DNA of 63,971 nt, filler included, from Octopus bimaculoides (Eukaryota), in assembly GCF_001194135.2 (NCBI RefSeq). It is 5 parts of 5 records of this genome, joined end to end, with 100 filler letters (N's around TTAATTAATTAA, not from the genome) between each part and the next. Parts side by side here need not be neighbours in the genome. Positions count along the whole stretch, not along the records: positions 1 to 16,882 come from NC_068999.1; 4 more parts are not named here. One strand, given 5' to 3'. This document shows positions 1-13,936 of this stretch, one piece after another. The notes beneath the pieces were generated by a model. That model was not told where the DNA came from. It ran no database searches and was given only the letters and a program-made list of their open reading frames with translations. The translations under genes were made by a program, and so were the position numbers. Positions within the stretch are counted from its first letter, which is position 1, and every line of letters begins with the position of its first letter.

Positions 1-1628
1 TATATATTCAAGATCACGGATAGAAAAGCTTGATATATTTATGGATAGAAGAATTTAAAGTGTTTTCAAAGTTGTTAGTTTCAGGTTATACAAAACATTG
101 CGGGTATAGGTCTGATGCTGTTTCTTTACTGGCTCTCAACCGTCTCCCCGTTCAAGGTAGCTCAACGTAGAGCCACTGTTTATTTTTCTTTCTGTCGGTT
201 TGCTCTCAGTCGTTCTTTCGTTTAGATTGTTAATGCTGCCACGCCTTTGATCGTTTACGCTTCCAGTCTCAGGTACACTCGTCCTGTTACTGTTATTACT
301 GTGTATGTTGGCTGTATAACTGCTGTTGTTTTGTTCTTCTTGTCGCTATCCTTGTTGTCATTGTGGTAATTATTGTTATAGTTGTCACTGTTTTTGGCAC
401 AGTGGGTGTTCTAACTGCTGCCTTGTTTCGTAGTTGTTATAGTTGCTGTTGTAGTCGCTTTGGTTGTTGTAATTGTTGCTCTTGTTGTTGTTGGAAGGAG
501 AGTCGTCGTCGCTGTCATCATTGTCACCAGCAGCCCGTCAGTCGCTGCTGTTAGTGGGCTTGTAGCTCTTGTCGTGTTGCCATTGTGCTTGTCTTTGTCA
601 CCAGTTCGTCGTCGTTCATGCATTCGTTTCTACTACTATGTATCCATATGATGCCTGACTTAGTTTGTAGGTGGGTCTACAGTCTATGATATCGACCCAT
701 CCCCTCGATGTACGCTCGTGCTCGTGTGAATTCTATTCTATTTTATTCTATTATTATCTTTCCTATTTTCATCTGTATCTATCCTACTAAACAGGGTTAC
801 TCTGTTAGGTCACTAATGCATATCCGTATGCATATGTGTGCGCGGGTGTCTTAATATATGTGCGGGTGTATGAGTATGTGTGTATGCGTGTTCGTGTTTG
901 TGTGTGTGTTTGTGTCTGATCGTGTGGCATTCGTGCTGAATTTTTAACGAAGGATGAAGTATTATGAAGTTTTATATTGACATAGACATTTTTATTGATG
1001 AATAACTACTTTAGAAGTACAAATATAATCATATGATATTAATCGTGCTGATGTTACTGCTGCAACTACAAAGAAAAATTAAGAAGAAATTGAAACATAA
1101 CCAACGCACGCTTACACATGCGCACAAAATATATTAACATACTTTAAGAAAAAGTCAGTCAGACTTTTAATGCCTTGAATCAGATAAGCAATTTATTGAA
1201 ATTAATGCACTGGTTAGACTACCACTCCAGTAATATTTTAATTTTGGATTTATTATACAATCAGCTGACATTTCTTCATATAAACTCCATAAATAGCTGG
1301 TCCTTTTGGATGAGACGCTATCGGAGATACTCAATACGTCTATTTCTCTATCTCACTTGCTGTGTCCCTCGCACACAAGCAGATACACATATACTAACAC
1401 ACATGTGCATCGTCATTCATACGCATACATAAAATGGAAAACAGGTGGTTGAAAATCTTAGTTGGCATTCTTATGCGCATTTAAACTTTGGTCTAAAAAC
1501 AAAACATACACATATATAAATCATAAATATAAATATTTCAACAAATTTTCAAAGAGACGTGCTGGCTCACATAATAAAACACACACTCAAACACAATCAC
1601 ACACTCACACATAAACACACGCGCGAGA

Positions 1629-1660
<32 letters not shown>

Positions 1661-1867
1661 ACACACATACACACATGCACACACATACACAGACATACAC
1701 ACGCACAAACACACACGCACAAACACTCACACAAACACACATTCACACGCACACATAGATTGAACATTTCTGAAAGATGGCTTGTGCATGATGTGTCATA
1801 TAGTAGGGTGCTTTAAAAAATGTAACTAGATGAGATTGAATCGGTGTTAAATCCATGAAAACTTTCA

Positions 1868-2250
1868 GCAAGCGTAGGTGTGCAGTGAAGCAGCTGAGTA
1901 TAAAAAGTTTACTTCCACAGAATATGTTCGGTTAGAATCACACTCATGGCATCTTGGGGTAGTTGTTGTCTACGTCAGTCTTTGGCCGACCAAGCCCTAT
2001 TGCTTGCGTTCGGTAGATGTAAACAAATATAAGCCCATCGTATATATGTGTGTGTGCGTGTGTGTGTGCATCTGTGTGTCTTTGGGTTTGTGTTTGACGC
2101 CCACCACCACTTGACAACTGGCATTGGTGTATTTAGGTCCTCTAACTTAGGTGTTCCACAGAATATTTCGATGGAACAAATACCACGATTTAACACTATA
2201 TTGAAATGCTGGTGTCGATTCGTTCGACTAAAATTCTTCAAGGTGCTCGA
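1868..2250 (+). mobile_element. SINE family A (tRNA-derived, CORE-type), diverged near-full copy
   Basis: Degenerate head, then 'ggccgaccaagcc..ttcggtagatgtaaac..aagcccatcgtatatat', an internal (TG)n, 'ttgacaactggcattggtgt' and 'ggtgtcgattcgttcgactaaaattcttcaaggtg'. Colinear with the copy at 47778-48165. Confidence 0.75.
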
Positions 2251-3299
2251 ATTTAAAAAAAAACACTAAAACAAATAAATATTAAAAAAATAAAACATTA
2301 AACTTAACATTTACTGAAAATGCTTTGCAAATGTAAGGCAGATTCTCCAAAATTTCAAATGAAGACCTTTGTACTTTTTAATTAGTTGTGTGGCTTCTTT
2401 GAGGTCGACCCCTATTCTTTTCATTAGAAACAGAAGGTAGTTATGAAGTAAAAATATGTATAATCTAGAAAACTGGAACCGTTAGAATACTAAATATATG
2501 TAAATTGAAGTTGCGTCGATTCCATCAGAATTGGAATACTATAATAGTACATACATCAACAGTACTAACACCACATTTTATTGCTGCATAAGAACGATTA
2601 TCAGACAATGTATGAATAATCTATTCTCCAAGCTTCTTTATGGGATAATGTATAAAATTAAATTTAATTAACTTACATTGGAGTTTGATGTTTTTAAATA
2701 ATTTAATCTCTGGTTATTATTATACATAAGTCGCGTATGAAACAATGTGGTAATGGAAGATGCTTAAAGATTCTTTTCAAATGGTTCTGACTGATAAATT
2801 GATGATTAATTACATTTCATTTTAATTAATTTCGACCGCACACAGCTACACAAATATACATGTTTGAGATTTTGTTTTAAATATATGTGCCGCAGCCCTC
2901 GTAAAGCAAATCTCTCTCGGGAAACGCTGAAAATATCTCAACAAAAACTTATCTCCATATCATTTGAACGTACAATTCCATGAAATTATGAAAAACGTAA
3001 GAAAATGAAAAAAAAAAAAAAATATGGTCGGCCGGCATATAACAAAATGATTCATGACATTTTTGGCAGTACACACACACGCACACACTCACACAAAAAC
3101 ACACATATTTACACAATACACTTCATATATACATACATACATACATTAACACACACATATGTATGTGTGTATATATATATATATATNNNNNNNNNNATAT
3201 ATACACGCACAGACATATCTATGGCGATACCTATATTTGACCACTATTCTAGATTCCACATTCAGTCTGCTCCTAAGCGTCCTAGACTATGTCCATCCT

Positions 3300-3800
3300 T
3301 TCCCCCCTCCTGCTGAGATAGCATCACAGCCAAACGCCTTTGTGCAAGGGATCTACACCAGCTCCAGCACGCCCACTATCGCAGCAACTGCCGCTATAAA
3401 TCTCACTTTCGAAAGAAGTAATGTTGTCAACAACTTCGACGTTCATCCACTACAGAATCGGACGAGATCGAGTCCTCCCAAAAGGTAACGAAACGCTGGA
3501 TCTTTGTCTTGACCCAAAATACTCTAAGGGTAAGAGGTTCCGCTTCCTAACTGAACGAAAAGAGAGCACTCCCTAACATATCCCGAATGTCTCCAAGGGG
3601 TGTCATCATCTGTTTTCATCTCAGGTAGATCACGGATACCTACATGGATTCGATACTTGGCCCGACCGACTTATGGTGTACTCAGAGATGAAACTAGGTT
3701 TACAGAAGTAGATCTTGCAGATGACGCTGTTATTCTTGTTACTGTGACAGATGGAATACAATTAGAACAAAATATTTTTGAAATAGACGGATAATTGAGC
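3300..3800 (+). pseudogene. Decayed RTE-like LINE reverse-transcriptase fragment
   Basis: Frameshifted peptides TYMDSILG (about 3638-3661) and ETRFTEVDLADDAVIL (about 3688-3735) resemble the RTE RT motifs 'TCMDWILG' and 'TDLDFADDVAIL'. The upstream boundary is uncertain. Confidence 0.45.
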
Positions 3801-3824
3801 ATGAGAGAAGACAACACAGTTATT

Positions 3825-4025
3825 GGTTTTAATTTTTGGTGCATGGCAAATAATTTCGGGAGAGGATTTAAGTCGATTTCATCAACCCTGCAACTCAACC
3901 GGTACTTATTTCACCGATCGAGAAGGGATGAAAAGTAAAATCCACTTCCGTTAATTGGAACTCAGAATGATATACACGTAGGCAATTTGGCGGACGTGCC
4001 ACAGATTCAGCCATCTTGCCGACTT
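3825..4025 (-). mobile_element. SINE family B, diverged copy
   Basis: 'ttaagtcgatttcatc..ggtacttatttcaccgatcgagaagggatgaaaagtaaa..ggaactcagaa' matches the other B copies in reverse orientation. Confidence 0.7.
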
Positions 4026-5753
4026 TGATATTGTATATCTTATAACATCGTGATACTCTGTCTGTTTCAAAAAACGCACACACAGTCAGTGGGACACTAA
4101 TATATACATGTATATGTGTATGTATTTTCATATATTTACAAACGCACACACATGCATAAATCTGTGCGTTTATGTGTGTGTATGTGTGTGTGTGTGTGTG
4201 TGCATGTGCGTTCATGTATACATACACATAACATTTTCATTGAGCAGTTTCTTGGATAGACTGCAATAGTAGGCCACATAGAACATTAATTTATATATAA
4301 AAGAAATGAGATTGCGGGAGACATATATTTCCACATCATGTTGCGCAACAAATTATTGTATAGTCATTCGTACCTACGCATCCTCGATTATTGGGATGAT
4401 ATACAATTATTCTAGAACAAGCGGGTTGTTAAACAAAATAAATATATTGATTATTTTCAAGACATCCAAGGAATTATCTCATGTATTACAATTGATTACT
4501 GTAGTTACAAAAAAACATTTCATAGAAAGAATGTACGTACTTACACACGCACACAAATACATGTATGTGTATATAGGTATGTATATAGACACCTATGCGT
4601 TTAAATTATATGTATACATATTCACACACACGTACATGTGTGTGTATGACTATATATATATATATATATATNNNNNNNNNNNNNNNNNNNNNNNNNNNNN
4701 NNNNNNNNNNNNNNNNNNNNNNNNNNNNNNNNNNNNNNNNNNNNNNNNNNNNNNNNNNNNNNNNNNNNNNNNNNNNNNNNNNNNNNNNNNNNNNNNNNNN
4801 NNNNNNNNNNNNNNNNNNNNNNNNNNNNNNNNNNNNNNNNNNNNNNNNNNNNNNNNNNNNNNNNNNNNNNNNNNNNNNNNNNNNNNNNNNNNNNNNNNNN
4901 NNNNNNNNNNNNNNNNNNNNNNNNNNNNNNNNNNNNNNNNNNNNNNNNNNNNNNNNNNNNNNNNNNNNNNNTATATATATATTCATATATATGTAATTAT
5001 GTATGCATGCATCTGTTATATATGCGATGTGTGCATGTATGTTAGTTGCAGTAAAATTTTATGTGTAAGAATATCGACCAATGTATATATTTGAGTATAA
5101 TCTTTATTTCTTCTCTAACTTTAGAAGTCTTGCAACATGAATTTTTTTTTTATCTTCCTTTGATTTACAGAATTTTTTTTGTACGCATCTATTTTTTTCT
5201 TCATTTTATCAAAGTAGATATATAGAAACGAATTTTATTTCATAATACAATGCTTATATTATTTTTTTACTTCTCATTTGTTCTCGGAAAAAGTAACTAT
5301 AACAATCATATGAAGAATGTTATGATTTTTTAAAAATATTTTTGCTGATGTGAATATATATATTTTCATCTGTACAATGCAACTTCAATCGATCTGATAT
5401 ACTTTCATTTAATTAAAGACGTATTATTCATATATAAATATGTCACTATGAAATATTGCCATATTTGTCTTCTATATGTTCGTATATAACAACATTTATA
5501 TATTAAGTAATGCAATATGGCCAAGCTGTTCAAACATCTTCCAGTATTCATTGGTACACACCGTCAGGTATAGATCTTTTGCATTTTCATAAATACTTTA
5601 CTGCTCTCGTTTATGAAACTACTATCTTACGTTACACAATTATGAGTGAATGCTTTCGCTAGAATGTTAACACAAACATTTCCGTACAGTAGTACATAAT
5701 GAGGTATGTTTATTCATAAAATTCTATCTACCCAACTATCATTTTCTCTCTTT

Positions 5754-5789
<36 letters not shown>

Positions 5790-7741
5790 TTCATTTCTAC
5801 ACACACACACAACTTGATACATCTCTATTTTGCCTCTACAACTTATGTTATCGAATATTTAATATTAAAATATTAATAGGTTATCACAAAAAATGTGTAA
5901 AGCTTTAATTCGGAAGAGCGTAATAGTACATCATACGCATAAAGCACAAATCTATATCTACTGAAAATCTGCTGGGCCCAGATAGTATAAGTACAACGCG
6001 GTAACAATGCCACAAAATTCGGTCTTTCATGGACGAAATGGAGCGAGTTTTCCTTCATTCAAACCAGATGTCCGCGTGTTGGCAGCAGTGCTTTCGCTAA
6101 GTGTTCGGGGCATTTGGCGAGATGGATGTATTACATACGGGCAACGTCTCTCTCAGCTACGCGCAGAAAACGCGGAGCGCTTCAACATCTGAAGGCCTCA
6201 ACAGTGATACAATATAGAGTGGATCGTTCTACAAAATTTGGATCGTCACTTTGGAATCGTTTGATATAAGAGCCAGAATTATACACCGAGCCACAGTGCA
6301 TATTTACTACCCTTTTTTTTTTTTATAAAACTAGCGTACTTCTAGTTCTTTAAATTCAGAAGAAAGAAGCGAACAAACTGGTTTGTGAGAAACCCGACTA
6401 TTTCAGTCCTTTGTTCGGGTGAATGTTTCCTGAGTGACGTTGCCACTTCAGCCCTGGCTACCGACACCATTTCGTTCAGGATCGATTTCATGAGGTGTAT
6501 ATCACCATATTCTCACGTCACCACAGATAGCATTACATTGAAATATGTTCTTCTGCAGAGTATATGTATCAGCACAAGTTTTTCAACTTCTCTTTGTTAT
6601 GATATATTGCTACGAGAGATCCAAATAACCTCCCCCCTTCTCTCTCTATTTCTCTCTCTCTCTTTCTTTACAGACATATTTCAGGAATATTCCAGTCTGT
6701 GCTAGTGTCGGATTTTCAAGTCACCCAGACCTGATAACACATCTTGAAAGTACACATTATTTTTTGGCTTTTAGTATGTGATATCAGCTGTTTCACGTCG
6801 GGGGATTGTTAGGATAAGGAAATTAGGTTCCACGAGGCATTTTCTGAAATAACTCAATCGAGAGTGTATCCCCTCACATTTTGTTGAGGAATTTTAGCGA
6901 AATATTTTATCGGTTTGTTGTTAATTTAGCCGATATTTGTCTTGGTGGTGGTACCGGCAGTGGTAGTGGTAGAGGTAACGTTAATGATTGTCGCGGTTTT
7001 AGTGGCGGTAGTGGTTGTCGCGAGATAGTGCTGATCGTCGGTTCATTGATTCTTTTGATAAAAGACTTTTCGTTTTCTGTTTGTTTTGATATCTGTTGCT
7101 GTGTTGACTCTCCTTTGTTGCTCTTAGTGGTGCCTTCGCTGCTTTCTTTGTAAAAAATCTTCATTTGCATTTCTTCTACAAATTTGTTGTTGTTGCTGTC
7201 TTTCCTGTCGTTGTTGGTAGAGGCTTCAATACGTTCTTTGTTAAATTTTCCATTTCCTGTTTATCTTTAAATTAGTTCCAACAGAAATTTACGTTGTCGT
7301 TCGTTTTCAAAGCGGTGACATAACCTGTCCAGCTCACACTTTCTTTGACTGCGATCTGGTATGCACTTCAATCTCTCCGACATTTATTTCCCTCTTTCTC
7401 ACCTTATTTCTGTCGCAATTTCTATTTCTCTCTCTTTGTCTTTCTCTCTCTCAGTCTCTGTCTCTCCTTCTCTCTCATGAAAAGCTTTGCTGTGTCGCGT
7501 CCTCATGGAGGGAGATAACAATAATTTTCATAACAAAAGCTGACTTAAATCAAGTTTTCTCAAAATGTAGGACAAAGTACGAAAACAAAATTAATAGTTA
7601 TCTTCGAGTATTTCATCGTCAACGAAGATATACATTTCAAAACTGAATGCAAAGTATGTCGATGATTTACAATCGATCAATTTATTTACAAACTTACACA
7701 GCCGATTGCGTGGTCTGACAGGTTGACGGACGTACTAATAA

Positions 7742-7918
7742 TGGTGGTTTCAAATTGTGGCACAAGGTCTACAATTGCAAGAGCGGGATAAATCCATCAG
7801 AAATGAATTGGTACTTATTTTATGGATTCCAAAAGGATGAAAGGCAAAGTCGATCTCGAGAACGTAAAGATGAACGGCATTTTTCCTGCAGTGCTAACCT
7901 CGCCTCCAGCTCGCCGCC

Positions 7919-7920
<2 letters not shown>
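7742..7920 (-). mobile_element. SINE family B with internal deletions
   Basis: 'ggtacttattttatggattccaaaaggatgaaaggcaaagtcgatctcg..ccagctcgccgcctt'. The 5' end abuts an (AAT)n array. Confidence 0.8.
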
Positions 7921-7985
<65 letters not shown>

Positions 7986-8006
7986 TACTACTACTACTAC
8001 TACTAC

Positions 8007-8058
<52 letters not shown>
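7921..8058. repeat. (AAT)n microsatellite with (ACT)n interruption
   Basis: Seen directly in the sequence. Confidence 0.95.
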
Positions 8059-8060
<2 letters not shown>

Positions 8061-8401
8061 CAACGTTTCTCTAAAAGAAATGGAAAAACTTTCAAAATAC
8101 AAAGACCTGGAAATAGAGATAACTCGAATGTGGAATCTAAACACAGAAACAATTCCTATCATAGTAGGTGCCTTACGTATAATAAAAAAAATATTCAGAC
8201 AAATACATAACAAAAATACCAGGACTTACAAATATATATAACATACAGAAAATTGCACTACGGGGTACTGCACACATTCTACGCAAAACACTTTCAATAC
8301 AGTAAACATAAAGCACCACAGCAAACCACAGCACATACCCAAGGCGCACAGAGCTGCGCTCGGTAGTGAAGTGAAAGCACGTTATAAAAATAAAACTACT
8401 G
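8059..8401 (+). mobile_element. 5'-truncated R4/Dong-like RLE non-LTR retrotransposon (3' end), LINE family a
   Basis: Encodes DNVSLKEMEKLSKYKDLEIEITRMWNLNTETIPIIVGAL and, after a frameshift, NIQKIAL.GTAHILRKTLSIQ*. This is the C-terminal restriction-like endonuclease region. A 3' UTR follows, (AAT)n lies on both sides, and the sequence is highly similar to 42985-43364. Confidence 0.85.
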
Positions 8402-9794
8402 AATAATAATAATAATATCATTATTAAATTTTAGCATTTGTTGTTTTTATTTTCTCTCCTATTCCTACTGGACTATGGATTAAACGCCCAGACATAGGTG
8501 TAAAATCGTCATTTGAAGAAACGCACTCGCCATAATCTCGGAGGTGATTCCGATATTACACTTTTCTAACCAGCATATATATTTATATGTGGTGGTTGAA
8601 CTTTTGCATTCAATTCTTGTGGAATTCTGTACACCAATGAACACTGATACTATTTCACTCTTTAATTGTTGCGCCTGCAATTAAATACTTACTATTATTC
8701 AACAAATAGCTTCCCTATAACGAATTACCTTAGACACTTTATATTTTCCAGTATCCGACGCTTCCCTTCATTTTTAAGGCCCTTGGTCACTTAGAAATAA
8801 TTTACTACTGTTGCGACGGAGTAGATATTAACAAAAAGAAAAGCCACTACGTTGTTTCATAAATCAACAACCTCCATATACAAAAATATCTATCACTCAT
8901 ATGATTAGAATTCTTGACGTGTCTTTACACTAAGCCATTTAATTTTTATTAATGTTTATATCTTCATAAAAGTTTTACCATAGAAGATTTTTCTATAAAA
9001 GTTTCATGGAATACATATCATTCCAATATTAATTAATTATTATCTACAATTGCCCAAGTGAATTCAAACAATAATGCGTCATGTATATATATATATATAT
9101 ACATGTGTATCCAAACATAGATACTGATGGTGAAATCTTGGATAATAATTTAAAGTGATAAAGCTGCTATAAATCCGATTTACAAAATATGACGTGAGAA
9201 ACAAGACATAATTAAATGAGAGTAACGAAAAAGAAACTGGCAATGAAATAGTCAATTATTTGTTCTAACACTTATTCTCTAACATTGACACGGAGATAAG
9301 TTACAAGAATAAATTAATAGAACTTAGTAATTTTGGCGGGAGGGTTATCATTTTAATATTACTAAAAAAATTAAACACTAGGCTATAATATAAGATCATT
9401 CGTTTTAGGCGAAAATAAAATGTTATGTGAATAGAAAATTTACGATGAAATCCAATCGTTTATCAAATTTGGTACATTGAGCGAGGTGTTTAAAATTATG
9501 GTTATTGAAGATTCTTAAAGAAATTCAGTGAAATAAAGAGACGATGTTGGGAAAATCCTCGCAATTAATTTAAAAAATGAAAAATAATACCAATGGTATA
9601 ACCAAGGATATTGATACATTAATATTGATGCTTAACGTAAGTGCAAAGACAAATGAAACATTAATGATGAAAATAAAAAAGAAAACAAATGTAAAGGTAA
9701 ATTCTACGAAGAAAGATACTGCAAAATTGAAATCCGAAAGTTGAAAATATTACATCAGCATAAAAATAGAAAGGATATGAAAAGTAATACATTT

Positions 9795-9855
9795 AGTAGT
9801 GGTTGTGGTGGCGGCGGTGGCGGTGACGGTGGTGGTGGTGGTGGGGGTGGTGATG

Positions 9856-9910
<55 letters not shown>

Positions 9911-10015
9911 GACCAACAGTAACAGGAACAATAGACATGGTAGCCTCGAGAATTTTGCAATGTGCTGGTAGTGGCGGCGTCGGGAGAAGCAGCAGCAACA
10001 ACAATAGCACCAGCT

Positions 10016-10066
<51 letters not shown>

Positions 10067-10095
10067 TCAACAACAACAACGACAACAACAATAGA
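9795..10095. repeat. Compound trinucleotide microsatellites (GGT/GTA/AGC/AAC)
   Basis: Seen directly: (GTA)n tracts at about 9858-9910 and 10016-10065. Confidence 0.9.
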
Positions 10096-11215
10096 CGTGG
10101 TGGTCTGGAGAAGGTTGTGATGTTGCAGATGTTAAGTGAAACAAGATATGTTAGAAAAGTAAATAAATAATAAAAAGATAACCAAAATGAAAAATGAACT
10201 TAAGACAAAAAGATTGGCGTGATGACGGAGGTGCACACACAACAGGAAGCAAAAATGAGATGAGACTCTAGATTATTTTTTTTCAAATGACTTTCAATGC
10301 TTGAAAAATATCCGCATAGAACTGTTGTATTAGACATTATTGTTTAAAAGTATAAACAAAACCAATAAACAGCAATAAGAAAACTAAGAACAAAAATAAA
10401 ACATACAACGAAGAAGTGAAAAAGAGTATAGTATATGAAAACATTAGAAAAAGAAGCGAACATTGAAAAATAAATGAGAGAATATATAAGAATCATTTGA
10501 AAGATGACGTGGAAAAAAAATAATAGTAAACTTGGAATGACTAGACGTACATGCACATATATATACATAAACAAATAGTATGTGGATAGAAAAGTGTAAC
10601 TCAGCCTCATGCAAATACGTGGCCATACACGGAAATACACACGTGAATATATATATATATATATACAAATTAAACAATAGGGTAATAAACTATATAAAAT
10701 CATATACATATATATATACACACATACACACACATGTATATACCACAGATACATAACTATATAGAACATACGATAATCATTTAAGTTATTTACGTGTGTT
10801 TGTGAGTATGACTATTTCGGTGTGAGTGATTTTGCATAAAAATGTATATTGTGTATGTGTTTGTTTATAGGTGTGTGTATATCAGAACTTTTTAATATAA
10901 ACGGAAAATATATGAAAGTAAATATGAAACACTAAACGAGAAAAAAAAATGTTAGCTAAAAAACAAATTATTTTCTTACTGAAATTATTGCGAATAATTC
11001 AATGAATAAATATTTAATCGGTGCCAAGGGCTAAGTACACAATATATTTAGAATGTGCTCTCACCCTCCCTGACTGTGACGCACATACACACAAGCACTA
11101 ATAAGTGATACTGTGTATAAGTGTGTGCCCACCATTGAAGCATATATTTAATCACGTTGTTAAATGTATATGTGCGTGTGTGTGTGTGTGAGTACGCACG
11201 TATGTGTGTATGTAC

Positions 11216-11259
<44 letters not shown>

Positions 11260-12056
11260 GTGTGTGTGTGTGTAATGTTCTGTGTTTGTGCAAATGTGAC
11301 AATGTATGTGTGTATGAATGCGAGTGAGTGTGTATGCGCGGATGTTGATTTGGTTGCCTGGAAACAGGAGGCTGGACAGCGACTTTGATTAAACAACACA
11401 AAATATGATATCTGCTAGACTTACAAAACACTAAGTTCAAATACAACGCGTGATTTTAATCTGAAGTCGTTTCAATTAATACAACCCCATACTAATTGTA
11501 CCACTAACAGCCATCAACATGATGCTCACACCGACCTCCTTTGTCACCTACGCAACCATGACCAATTATCCCTATCTCACTTCATTGCCTTCATTTTTCA
11601 CAAATTGTTCTTACACAAAAGCAACACAAGTATATTTTATTCATTACTATCTTTGCTCATTTATGTCACTGATTCTTCGTACACTGTCACCTCCTTCAGA
11701 CATTACAGTTCATGTATATTTTTTTTCTAGAATACACGCCTGTGGACAATAATGTTTCTCCTTAAGTCACCGCCTTAGACGAACGATACTTATTTTTAAA
11801 GTCTGGTACTTATTAGAGATCAGAAAATAGGGAGCCGAAAAATAAATTACATATTGGTTATGTTACACAACACGTTTTTAAGTGCACGTATATAATTCAT
11901 TATAATTGACGTTAACTAGTAAATACTTAACAAATTATGTTTTCACAGGTATACATGTCATGAACTTGATATGAAACATATCTGCATATATGTCGATGCA
12001 GGCGTAGAGCGTGGGTCTGAGTGTATATATGTGTGTATGTGTATATNNNNNNNNNN

Positions 12057-12090
<34 letters not shown>

Positions 12091-13360
12091 GAGAGAGTGA
12101 AAGTCATAGATAAGCATATGCATTCTTTTATCTCTTTGAGAATATATATATATATATATATATGTACATGCATATGTGTGTGTGCCTGTGTGTGTATGCG
12201 GGTGTGGGTGTATACAAGTGCGTGTGCATCGTAAGCATTCTAAGATATGGCGCATATCATCCATCTAGCGTTTTGAGCGCATGAATTTACTTGGCATACT
12301 GACGGTGCCAACATTACTATGATCAATAAAGACCTATGAGTGCATTTTGTTTGCAGACTTAAATAAATTTCCAGAAAACTTCAAAGTGGAGACTTATTTA
12401 ATATATTGCATGAAATCTAATAAAACATCTAATAAAGCACTAATATATTGGAGCTGATTGCTCGTTGAGATGTCCACTTTTATTGTCCATTTATAGGAAT
12501 AGTCGATTCAGCGACTATTAATCCGCAGAAACTTCACCTAAATAGCCTCACGTATTTCTTTGTCGGCAATTGTGTCCAACTTGGCAGTCATATTAGTTAT
12601 TGTTGAAAGCAATTTGTATGTCGTTCCGTCGAAAATTGGAAATAATTCCCGCTGTCGTTTATTCTCTGAATTTGAATGCACATATGTGCGTGTGCGTGTG
12701 TGCGTGTTGGTGTGTGTGTATGTGTGTTTGTGTCTGTGTGTTCAAATGCATTTACATACACAAACAGACGTATATGTTTATAGAAATATTTAGGAATGCG
12801 ATATTGTACAACATTTGTCCTACGTACCTGTCTGCTACAACTAACAAACTTAGTCTGCTTTTCGGAAAATAAATTCTGAAAGTAAGCAAATTTAGAAGTA
12901 ATTCAACAATACATAGGGTTATTTCTCTCTTTGATACTAATTCTTTTGAGCACATACTACTTTTGTTTTTATTTAATCTCCTACAGTCATATTTTCCAAT
13001 AACCATCTACACAGTCTCCAATGATTGAATGACACAAGTAGCGAAATTAAATTCAACGTACAAAGATGTTTTGATTCAAAATACAAACAAAGCTAGAACC
13101 GCTTATTGAAACACAAATGCATTTATAACGTGCAAAACCTAAATCCAGAGCGCAATTACGTTCCTTAGAATCTGCCACGCTTGCCTATAAAATCAGATGC
13201 ATTCATATTACCACATAAAAGCAGCTATAAAAGAATACCTACATGTGAAATAGAAATAATTTAATTCGTTCCTTCCTAAAACTGTGGTAAATATTTTCAG
13301 CTACCTCACACGATAAAAGTTAGCGATTCCCTTGCTTGTACGCGTACATATATATATACG

Positions 13361-13777
13361 TTTTATCCTTAATTTCTTTCAGCCATTGAACTATGGCTAT
13401 GCTGCACGATCAATTTGGAGGCAGTATTTTAGCCGAATAAATCAACGGCAGTACTTCTTTTTTTTTGGTTTTTGAAGCCTTACATCTAAATCAGTCGGTC
13501 CTTTTTGAAGAAACACCTAGTTACGGAGACGTAAACACACCTTGGGCAGTTGTCGAGTGAAAGTGGGAGACAAACACAGACAGAACGACTCACACACACA
13601 CTGTGACGAAATACACACACACAGGTATACATACGACGTGCCTCTTTCGGTCTATCAAGTATTTTCTCAGCCCGAAACTCTGGTAGATGTCATTGTAGAA
13701 GTTTCCATACAGTGAGACTGAAGCCGCACCAATGTTGTTGGGAAGCAAGCTACTTATCCCTCAACAACGCCTGCGAC
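13361..13777 (-). mobile_element. SINE family A, diverged full-length copy
   Basis: Reverse-strand match from the tail 'tttcagccattgaactatggctatgctg' through 'tagttacggagacgtaaacacacc' and the internal (CA)n to the head 'gggaagcaagctacttatccctcaacaacgcctgcg'. Confidence 0.75.
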
Positions 13778-13894
13778 GATATGTATACATGCACATCCAC
13801 ACACACCCATACACACACTCTCACACCTATTTGAAATGGTAGAGAGATATTGTATATTGAGAAAAATGATGCACTCAGGATTTTGGATAAAGCT

Positions 13895-13936
13895 TTATTA
13901 ACGCTTTCGCTGGTTTTCGAACTCATCAGGACAACA
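13895..13936 (-). ncRNA. Degenerate hammerhead-like motif
   Basis: Minus strand reads CUGAUGA-G..(short weak stem)..C-GAAA-GCGUU. Stem I pairing is poor. Confidence 0.25.

Noticed and set aside
100-650. Thr/Asn/Val-rich ORFs on both strands
   Set aside because: Degenerate (GTT/GTC/GCT)n low-complexity DNA with stops and frame switches.
12538-12665. Minus-strand exon-like segment (NKRQRELFPIFDGTTYKLLSTITNMTAKLDTIADKEIREAI) between an AG and a GT
   Set aside because: The frame hits TAG immediately before the putative donor, the acceptor is weak, and I recognise no homology.
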